This document shows positions 36,267 to 46,029 of a DNA stretch of 60,039 bases, in pieces (position 1 is the first letter of the stretch; each line of letters begins with the position of its first letter). The position numbers and the translations under genes were made by a program. The DNA is from Halocafeteria seosinensis. Taxonomy: Eukaryota. The notes beneath the pieces were generated by a model. That model searched no databases, was not told where the DNA came from, and saw only the letters and a list, made by a program, of their open reading frames with translations. Where the stretch lies: NCBI GenBank assembly GCA_001687465.1, contig LVLI01000496.1, positions 1 to 60,039 on the forward strand, written 5' to 3'.

Positions 36267-38594
36267 ATGACGGAGCAGGATTCATTGGACGCCTTGCGTG
36301 CATGCTTCCGGCATTTTCTTCAAGAAGCAGCGCGATATGATGCCGATGAGGGCTTAGTGTTCTCGATGAGGCGACGACGGCATGTCGTAAGCTGTTTAAT
36401 ATTCGCTTACAATCAACTGTCCACATGGTTGTCTCGGAAAGTGTTTTTCCTGGCTCTGGCGGAAGATCTGTGGTATCCTGGCCAGAAAACAATGGAATTG
36501 GTGCTGGCTAAAGAAAACAAGTTGTCCTTGGAAGAGCTACAGAGAGCATCACTAACGAACCATGAAGTCTTTCTTCGGGAAGCGGGATCCTTACCAGGTA
36601 TGTAGCGGTGACCACCAGGGATGCTACCGTATACTAGCCATCGATCTTAAACTTTTGCAGGCGGAGTGGAATGGACTATTGACGCAAGAGGTCATCTGCG
36701 GTATCTTTTACGTTTCAAAAACAGTAGTCCAACGGGAGACACACACTATAAAGATCTCATCGACAACGACTTGTATGCTTGTAGGCAGTTAGAGGAGAAT
36801 ATCTTGCGAAGTGGTCACTACTTCCTAGCTAGTCAGCTCCACTTCCCGAAAGGTAGTGACTTCAGTAAGGTTCAAAATCCACCTCGTATAGGACATGGAA
36901 ATGCAATTGTGTCGAACGAGGAAGAAGATGCATTGTCGAGATTGGATAGAAGCATCAAATACCTGTTCGGGACCCAGATCGCGGTGTTCATGAAGCGGAT
37001 AGGCTTTTGGAAAAATTTAGTCGAGCGACAGCACACGATTCCTTGTACTAACAACTTGATGCAGTTTATCTGGAGGAAGGAGGCAGTTCATCCTATTCAA
37101 AACTCCTCAGATTTGAAGAGACGAATCGGTCTGATAGATAATAATCGCAGGTGCTATGGGTTGTTCCACCCGACGATGCCCGAAGTGCCCTTAATTTTTG
37201 TGGAAGTATTGATAGCACCCCGCTTGTGCGCCAGTGTTGATGAAGTGCTTCCTTTGCGTGAGGAAATATCGAAAGAATTGACTTCCGACGGAAGCGGCAA
37301 AACGGCGATATTTTATTCGATCACAAATCCACACCCGGGACTGCAAGGTCTGCAACTAGCGTCTTTACTGCTGTATTTGGTAATGGACAAGATAAATCAT
37401 GAGGAGGCAATTAGCTCCTTTGCTACGTTGTCTCCCATGCCTCAATTTGCAAAGTGGTTACACGAGAAGGTTGAGAGGAGAGGCCTTTCTTCCCTCATGG
37501 GAAACGCGGAGCGACGACATCTGGCAAATGCGCTTGGGGTAAAGGAAGGGCGCGAGCTTGACAGCCAAATCATTCGAGAACTCAAGGCCGGGACATGGAG
37601 AAACGAAGCGTAAGTGTGGAAGCTAATTCATGGAAATAATGTAAGGTTGTTCGTATTGTTTGCAACCATGTGGATACAGAGCGAAAAACAGAGCAGTCAC
37701 TCCATTGCTGGAACGTTGGGCGGCTCGATATATACTGTTTGAACGGAGACAAACTGCGAGAGGTAACCGAATAATAGACCCTGTTGGCAACTTCCACGGG
37801 CAGAACGGTGCAACACTGGAGCGTATCAGAGTGCATGCATTCGACACCCCTCGAGTAAGTCACATAGTCATCCCGGCTGTTCTTGGTTGTTCGAACAACT
37901 CTGTCTTCCATTGCAGGGATTATCTCAATCATTTGGAGTCATGGTCAATTATAGATATAATTTGGAGTCTGTTGGGGAAGCTGCGCGTGCGTATAAGCAA
38001 AATTCTGTTGTTACCTCCTCCAACGTTGCTTGGGCCTTTGCAAAGTCGCTAGGTGGACAGGAAAAGTCCGCAGCGCTTCGACTTCTAAAAGGGCTAGAGC
38101 CAAGCAAAGACAACGCTCGCATTGGTGGTTTGTATCTTTACGCGCAATTATTTGACAATGACCGGGTTATCTTAGATTCGGGAGCCTCTGCGGAACGCAC
38201 CTCTACGTTTCCTGCGGTATACTTCATAGCGCGAGGCACGGTGGATTTCCGTATCAAATACACAGATTCTTTAGCAGATAGATCAGTGAAATTAACAGCT
38301 GGGGATGTGTTCGCCGATGTCATTAAGCTGTACGAATTCCTGAACAGGACCTCTGGGAGCGAGTTCCGGGACGTTAGTCCGGAACCTTTCGAACAATTTC
38401 TCGGAGCGTCGACACTTCGAGCGACTACAGAGACGGAAACGCATATATTCGTCTTGCCGCTGGACAGCTCCTTGGTTACCAGAGCGCTGGAACATATTCC
38501 ACAAAGCATAGCGACGATACAAGAGAACTCTATTCGCGAGCTTTCAAAAATTAAGAGTAGGCTCGTAGCGGATTCAGCGGAGCCAAAGCTGTGA
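36267..38594 (+). CDS. MLYCD: Malonyl-CoA decarboxylase with a C-terminal cNMP-binding-like extension
   Basis: EAVHPI...DLKRR...RRCYGLFHP.MP..PLIFVEV, AIFYSI, FATLSP.P.F..WL, DPVGNFH.QNGA and GLSQSFGVMVNYRY motifs. Three introns (about 36598-36660, 37610-37679, 37855-37916). Confidence 0.9.
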
Positions 38595-38603
38595 GTGGAG
38601 CAA

Positions 38604-39050
38604 TCAACGCTTCACTTTGCTGACTCTCTTGAGATACAACCATTTTAAAGCATATGTAGAAGCTCCGACAAGAAATGAATTCTTCACAAGTGATTTTAGG
38701 GGAGCTCCGCGGAAAAGGATCAAAGAGGCTGTCATTGTGCCCGCTACGGTGTTCCATGGGTCATTCGTATAGCCATCTCGAAGAGTCTCAACAACTCCTG
38801 ATCCGCCAACGTACGCAACGACAAGAGCGCTTGTGTTAATACCAGTCCAAACTGCTTCTTTGGCAACCATACGAAACGTCACTCCAACAGTGGGTGGGGG
38901 TGTTTCAGCATGCTGAGGTTTTCTTCGGATAAGTGATTCCGTCAGAGCGAAGGCCGTGTATCCACTTCCTAGCAAGAATCCCTGCAACCCTGAAGCAAAG
39001 CAGCGGGCTTGGGTTTTCCTATCGATAATACCCTGCACAGAGGGATTCAC
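38604..39050 (-). CDS. Tim17/Tim22/Tim23-family small membrane protein (5' exons uncertain, may extend to about 39280)
   Basis: Gly-rich hydrophobic helices and ETLR...DPWNTVAG, similar to the R..D.WN..AG motif of the Tim17 family. Confidence 0.55.
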   Translation of the reverse strand: MNPSVQGIIDRKTQARCFASGLQGFLLGSGYTAFALTESLIRRKPQHAETPPPTVGVTFRMVAKEAVWTGINTSALVVAYVGGSGVVETLRDGYTNDPWNTVAGTMTASLILFRGAPLKSLVKNSFLVGASTYALKWLYLKRVSKVKR

Positions 39051-39387
39051 TGATTGCCCTGAAACCAGTTGTTGTGAAGTCCAGGTTACTTACCGATTCT
39101 CCCATTGTTTATTATCGCATTTTCATTCCTTGCATCGAGTAGAAGCAGGTAAAACGGGGAACCAACCCCGTGCTCTGGTTAGCGAAAAATACCAACACTT
39201 CATAGACACACAGTTGGTTAGCGTACTACACCGCCAAGCAATCGAACAAACAAATCGTCGCTTTACATAGCGCTGAATCATCGCGCTGTCTTGGTAGTTT
39301 GCGTGCGCTTGTGTTTGTGAGAAGGGATGGCAAATATTGAATAGTATCTGTTTGCTCTAGTGTTTGAAACCACCGGGGTGGAAGACG

Positions 39388-42300
39388 ATGACTGAGGAAC
39401 TCCCATGCACCATCATCCTCCGAAGCGAGGCTTCGAGTGGGGCCTCCAAGGAGGAAATCCGGAAGAGTTTAGAAGGCTCTGATGTACAACAGAAATGCGA
39501 CGCGATGAGGGAGATGATCGTACAAATGAGTAACGGCGCAAACTTGCAGCAGCTGGTAATGACGGTCATTCGCTTCTGCATTAACGTGGAGAGCCATGAG
39601 CTTCAGAAACTCATTATGTTATACTGGGAATTAGTCCCTAAGCACGATGAATCGGGCAAATTGCTATCTGAGATGATTTTAGTTTGGTAAGTTGGTCTTT
39701 TAATGTCACATGTTTTGGCAAACTATGGGAGGGAAAATCGCCTCGGATTGGTAAATCAACTGGTGAAAGTATATCCGTAAGGGACTGAAGCCACACCCGT
39801 TCTTTTTTGTTCCCTAGGACCGCCTCTAGCCTTGGCCCCTTGGCCTTTTTGTAGTTTCGCGAAGGGGAAATCGTGATTAATAATTGTGCTTTCATTTGTG
39901 CCTTCGTGCAGTAATGCAATTCGGAATTCTCTAATTCACCCTAATGAATACTTGCGTGGATGTACTCTTCGGTTTTTGTGTAAAATTCGAGATAAGGAGA
40001 TATTGGAACCCTTGATACCGTCCATCACCCAGAACTTGGATCATCGGCATTCATATGTACGAAGGAATGCCGTGATGGCCGTACACTCCATATTTTCGCA
40101 CTTTGGGGGGCAATTGATTCCAAATGCCCCGGATATGATCGAAAAAGTGTTAGAAGACGTACGTCTGATTTTGTGAAGTTAACGGGAAGCGGCGCTTTTC
40201 ACGTTTTCATCTTGTTGACAGGAAGGAGATTCTGGTACTCGAAGAAATGCGTTCATGATGCTTTTTGAGGCCGATCAGAAGAAAGCCTTAAAATTTTACC
40301 ACCAGCACAGCGAGAAAATTCCCAACTTTGGGAATGGATTCCAGCTCACGCTTCTGGAGCTTACAAGGAAGGTATGGTCGCCACAGGGTTCACCTAAATT
40401 GCTACTTCTTGCCGATCATTGTTAAGCTTTTTCTTTTGGTACACAGGTTTGTCGTGCTGATCCCTCTCAAAAATCCGTCTTTATCGGTTCAATATTTTCT
40501 CTGTTGGGGTCGCCTAGTTCTGCCGTAAGCTTTGAGGCAGCAACTACATTGGTGGCAATGTCTTCAGCTCCCACTGCTGCTCGCGCCACTGCCCAAACTT
40601 ATACGAGATTGTTGAGTTCTGTTAGTGACAACAACGTGAAATTAATTTTACTCGAGAAGTTGCGAGACTTAAAAGTGAGAGGGCAAACGAAGGTGCTCCG
40701 GGAGATGGTTATGGACATTCTACGATGCCTGTCCACGCCGAATCTTGATATCAGGAGAAAGGCGCTCAATCTGGCACTGGAACTTGTGTCTCCAAAGAAT
40801 GTAGAGCAGATATGCGGTTATTTGAAAAAGGAGATAGTAGCCACACAATCAGCTGAAGAGGGAACGCAGGGCCGCGGTCGGAAAGGCACCTATGATAAGG
40901 AGACAGCAGCGTACAGGGAGCTGTTGATTGAAGGCATTCACTCCTGCGCAGTCAATTTCCCATCGGTTGCGCGTAGTGTGATGGAATTGCTAATGGACTT
41001 TTTGACGGCCCCTGCTGCCGACAAAGTGATATCTTTTGTCCGGGAAGCAGTGGAAATGTTCGAAGACATGCGAGACACTATTTTGCGAAAGCTGCTTGAT
41101 GTTCTTCCGGATATCGAAGATGTCGTAGTTGCCAGAGTAACGTTGTGGATCATTGGACAGTATTGTGTAGAAGAACAATCTGTGAATGACGCATTGCGCC
41201 AAATCCAACAATCGATTGGCCCGCTTCCCCTCACAGTTACTCATGGAGAAAATCATGAGACACAAGATGAATCCGCGGAAAAGTCTGAACCGTCGGAAAA
41301 ACCAAAGAAGAGTGGACCCAAAGTGCTGGCTGATGGCACGTATGCTTCTCAAGCGGCTGTCGAATCGACGGACCAAATCGACAAAGTCGAGTCGATTCCA
41401 TCATTGCGAAAATTCTTGCAGAAAGGAGATTGGTTTTTGGCCAGTGTTATATCCAGCACTTGGACAAAGTTATCGCTTCGTTTGGTGCAATTTCGCGGTC
41501 GTGACGAACAGCAGAGTAAGACGGTCATGGTAGATGGCATGATGGCTATGTCAGCGATGTTGGAGGCGGGATCTAACCCTAAAAACATGCTTAGCGCTAA
41601 TAGTGAAGCCAAGCCGGCAGATAAGATTGACCAGGATTCTTTCGAGAGGATCGTTCTTTGCATGAGGGTGTTGGCTGACCCATCTGCCAGTGAAGCAACA
41701 ATGGATGTGCTGCTGGATGGCTGTAGGAAGGCGTTTAGAGGTTTAATTGCCTACAACAAGGCTTTGGAGCAACAGTCTTCGGAGGAGGCGATGGACGAGG
41801 CGTTGCAGTACCTAATTGCTATGGGAAAGAACGACGAAGAAGAGCAGAAAAAACAAGAAGAGGAAGAGAAAGATAAGGACACCAGTGATCTCCCAGGGGC
41901 GTCATTGAGGGCTCAGCTTGCAAGCGAAAAAGCGAGAGCTAAAGCCGCACAGCGAAAACGAGAAAAGGAGAAGGCAGCAAAGATAGCCGCTGTCACTGCG
42001 CATTCTGACGATGTTATACCGATAAGACAACTGCGAACAAAGGGCTCCACCACTACAGAAGATTTGGCGCTTGACGACGAAACAGAAATTGGCATGGCGG
42101 TAGGTTCTCAAGAGCAGTCAAGTTCTCAAGGATCAAGCTCGAAGCGAGTCTATCAGCTAACAGGTTATGGTGACCCCGTGTATGTCGAAGCCTCTGTATC
42201 TGTTCAAGAATACGATATTACTTTGCACATTGCGGTAATGAACCGAACCGATGATACTCTTACGGACCTCAGTGTTGAATTAGCCGCCGTTGGGGACCTC

Positions 42301-42843
42301 AAAATCGTTGACCGGCCTCAGAGCCATACGATTGCTCCTAGAGACGTGTTGAAGCTAAGCTCAAACATTAAGGTCTCTTCGACGGAAGCAGGGTATATAT
42401 TTGGAACCTTAGTTTACACTAGGAGCGGCGGCCATGCTCAAGGAAATGTTGTCCATTTGTCCGAGATTCACATGGATATCATGGATTACATTAGACCCGC
42501 ATATGTTCCCGGAATTAAGTTCCGACAAATGTGGGCTGATTTTGAATGGGAAAATAAAGTAGTTGTCAACACAAGTCTTCGAAATCTTCAGGAATACGTG
42601 GTGCACATTGCTCGAGTTACGAACATGAGGATACTGACCCCGATACAAGCACTTTCCGGTTCTGCTAATTTCTTGGCGGCGAACATGCACGCAAGATCTG
42701 TCTTCGGAGAAGACGCTCTGGTGAACGTTTCAATCGAAAATACAGCAGAGGGTGGTATTCATGGTCACGTAAGAATCCGCGCGAAGACCCAAGGAGTCGC
42801 TTTAGCATTGGGGGATAGAATTTCAGCAAAACAGAAAGTGTAG
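39388..42843 (+). CDS. COPB1: Coatomer subunit beta
   Basis: EMILV|CNAIRNSLIHPNEYLRGCTLRFLCK, HRHSYVRRNAV, DNNVKLI, VLADGTYASQ, QLTGYGDPVY, MWADFEWENKV and RIRAKTQGVALALGD motifs. Introns 39687-39911, about 40159-40221 and about 40372-40447. Confidence 0.97.
39687..39911 (+). other. 225-nt first intron of COPB1 containing a long-range stem
   Basis: GTAAGT...TGCAG boundaries restore LV-C-NAIRN. 39718-39733 (GCAAACUAUGGGAGGG) pairs with 39844-39860 (CCUUUUUGUAGUUUCGC). Confidence 0.8.
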
Positions 42844-42872
42844 AGCTTCGTTCCATCCGCATAGTCTTTATG

Positions 42873-45764
42873 TTACCTGACTTGACCGGACATGTCATAA
42901 TAGAACTTCTTAAGCAACTTGAGTTCCTCTCCCACATCTCTACAAATACGCATGTTCTTTGCAATCCATGGTATGACCTTTTCCTTGTATCTTCTGTTTG
43001 AGTACCTATGATCGAAGAGGACAATCGCCGAGTAATCGTTTTGGTGCCGAAACGCTCTTCCAATGCTTTGATTGACAGTCTTCATGCAAAGTCCTTCATA
43101 ATACCGACGGCCGCTCCCAGCGCTCTTCCTCTCAAACCAGTCCATCCTTGCCTGAATTTCGGGATCCCCCAAGTTAGGAAAAGGCATACCTACAATTCCA
43201 ACAAAGCGAGCTAAGCCATCAGAGAAGTTAATCCCTTCGCTCATCTTGCCACCGGCCACACAGAAGAGAACAGCTCCCGAGGTTTCTGTCGCATGCTTCT
43301 TGAAATTCTTCCATACGGCGGCCATTGATGAATCTGAATGGTACCCGAAGTCTTCCTCTGAAGGTGAACGGCAAGGAAGATTGGATTTCTTTGACGGCTC
43401 CCTAAGAACATGCTTTGCGTTCCTTAGACAATCAAGTATAGGAGCAGGTTCGTCTCCAAGTTTTTCTCTCCAGGGGGAACGCTCGCCCAGTAAGAAATCA
43501 CAGTAATCGAATGAAGGCAAGAATATAACAACTCCTTCGGGAACAGCGCAACATATCTTGACCAGAGTAAGTCCAAGATCCATCACCTGCACGCACAGGG
43601 AGGGTAACTATTTGCACAGATTATATTTAGTGCCTTCTTCTGTATGCAACTTACCATAGCCCGATTTTTTCTCTTTGCTAACGTAAACTCAAACTGCTGT
43701 CCTTGGAGCCCATAAGGGAGAGTTGCTGCATAAATGGACCTGTTCGGAATCACGTGATTACAAGAAAACGTCGACAAGCTGCTTGGAGGAACCTCCGGCA
43801 AAAGGCTCGACAGGAAGTCGTCGATGGGATGCATCGTACCACCCGTCAGCACGAGTGACCGACACTGATCTACGATTGGTTTTAGCGGCCCTGACGCATC
43901 GAGGAGAAAGTATTTTAGTTCTATGGTTGAGTCTTGTTTCGGTCTTATAGAGATCCGGGCGTTTTCAACTTCTTGGCACAAAACTTCGAGAAAATTTTGG
44001 AACGCTACGATAGCATTGCCCCTTGAAAACTTTTTATAGTCTTCTCTGCTCAGGCTATCGGCGAATTTTTGTCGATACCATCTAGTGAAACCCCGTAGTT
44101 TCCTGCTCAGTTGGGTACTCCGCATGCTGCGGACCATAGTCCATGGATTAATATGCTCTAAGTTTGCTTGCTGAATAAAGTCTGATACTCGTAAGGTCTT
44201 AGTCACGTGTTGCTGTTGACTTAAATCATCCAGGTACGGAATTAGACTGCACATGAAAGAGTCAATCTGCAAGCACAAGGACGAAGCTTTGCCACCTAGG
44301 CGGCTTTTGTACCGCTCGTGATAGGCATTGATATGTGTTTGCAATGCACGAAGTGCAAGAACATCTATAGCGCTCTCATAACAAGAATACACAGCACTCT
44401 CTAGGTTATGTGCTTCATCAATCACAACAATGCTCCTGTCCAATTGAACATCGAGACTTCCTCTTGCTGAGCTGTTTAGCAACAGATTGTAGGGCACGAG
44501 AACAACGTCAGCTAAGGGCACTGCCTTATGAGAGGCATAATACGGACACACGGACGCGCTCGCACCCATACCCTTCATATCTTCAATGTCTACTGGCTGT
44601 GACAGGAACTTGTCCCCAGCGATCGCGATCCGTTGACTGTTCAAATATGGACAGCCTTTTGCGGAGTTATCGTCCACAGCTCCTTTGCTTTGCTTACTGT
44701 CTTTCAATTCCAAACATTTTTCTGTGATTGCTGATTCATCCCCTAGACTTTGGACATTCTCGTTTACACAAAGCTGTTTTCGACCAGCGAGAGTCACAGT
44801 GCGAATTCTATCGGAATAGGGAGTTTTCCGTAGTTCCTGAGAAAACAAAATAAAAAGGAAGCATCTCAAAAACGATATGTCAAACCATTCCTGAAAACAG
44901 CAATAGCATGCAAGCGTACTTCAATGAATTGCGCAAGCTGTGAGTGGGTTCTTGACGAGAATACGATCTTCTCAACGTATGGTTCGTGAACATCGCTATC
45001 TTCATTCTGTCGCTCTTCAATTTCTTTTTGCGAACGGAGCTCTTGGGCGATCTGAAAAGCCTTATCAGCCTCATTTTCTCCTGATATCGACGTCACCTCC
45101 TGCTCCCTCGGTCGCTTGCCGGTGAATTTAGGGGTGATTGTAGCATCGGCAAACAGTTGATGTAAAGGCAGCTTTTTCATTTTTTCAATTTCTTCGCGGC
45201 GTTCTTTCAGTTTCTTGTTGGGTATTAGTTTCTCTGTCGAGTTCGTGCTTGTGGTGGCGTTCGACAGCCAGTCCGGGTCTGCTGCAACGAGCCACGATTC
45301 CTCAATAATGAGCTTGTACTTCAATCCTCCTTCGTTGAAGTAGCTTACCATTTTGGGTTCCTCCTTGTTTATGGAGGGTACGAGGACGGGAAGTGGAGCT
45401 GCAATGCAATGTTGCGCTGTTGCGTGGGTCTCCCAACACTTGAGGAGGGTGGTTCTCCCTATAATACAAAAGACTGCTGATGATACTTAGAGTCTTCCCC
45501 TGCAAGGCCACAATTCAAATTCCAAATTAGGACCCTTGTCCCTGGACAGGGCCATTTTCACCCCATTGGGATGATACTTACTGTCCCTGTAGGGCTTTCA
45601 AAGATGCCCACTTTCCCTGCATCCACGCACTGGTATAATTGAGCCATGAGTTCGGTCTGAATGGAATAGGGCTCGTAGGGAAAGGGAGGCCTAATTCCTC
45701 CCTCATGATTGTCTTTGCTATTATAATTGGATTGTTCATATTCTATACTACTGATCTTTTGCAT
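42873..45764 (-). CDS. DDX11: DDX11/CHL1 iron-sulfur DNA helicase (XPD family)
   Basis: FPYEPYSIQ, GIFESPTGT|GKTLS, SRTHSQLAQF, CPYY, IDEAHNL, GGTM.P, GGKMSEGINFSD and VNQSIGRAFRHQNDY motifs. Confidence 0.95.
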
Positions 45765-45842
45765 CCTTTATGTAAAGCTAAAAAACTGACGAGAGACAGT
45801 GGGTGAAGACAGAATTTTTTTTTTATAATAATACAAAAATCA

Positions 45843-46028
45843 ATGCCCTTCTTTCCTACATGTGAAGAACTGGGCCAAGCGCTCCACTGGATGGCTCAGC
45901 ATCGAGGGCGCACAGCTGCCTATATGGCAGCAGGCGCCACAATTGCACTCCTCCTGTACTATGACCCTGACGACGACGATGACCGCGACGCCAAGCAGCA
46001 GGAAGCTAAATCGTCGAGTTCGCAGTAA
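45843..46028 (+). CDS. Candidate 61-aa single-pass microprotein
   Basis: ATG in A-rich context (aaaatcaATG) after a T/A tract. One hydrophobic segment (AAYMAAGATIALLLYY) then an acidic tail. It fills the gap between two genes exactly. Confidence 0.5.
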   Translation: MPFFPTCEELGQALHWMAQHRGRTAAYMAAGATIALLLYYDPDDDDDRDAKQQEAKSSSSQ

Positions 46029-46029
46029 T

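Noticed and set aside
39737..39800. ATCGCCTCGGATTGGTAAATCAA resembling the U2 snRNA 5' end, and CTGGTGA...GAAG resembling a hammerhead core
   Set aside because: There is no GUAGUA branch-pairing sequence and no proper Sm site. The hammerhead core deviates at invariant positions and lacks stems I and III.
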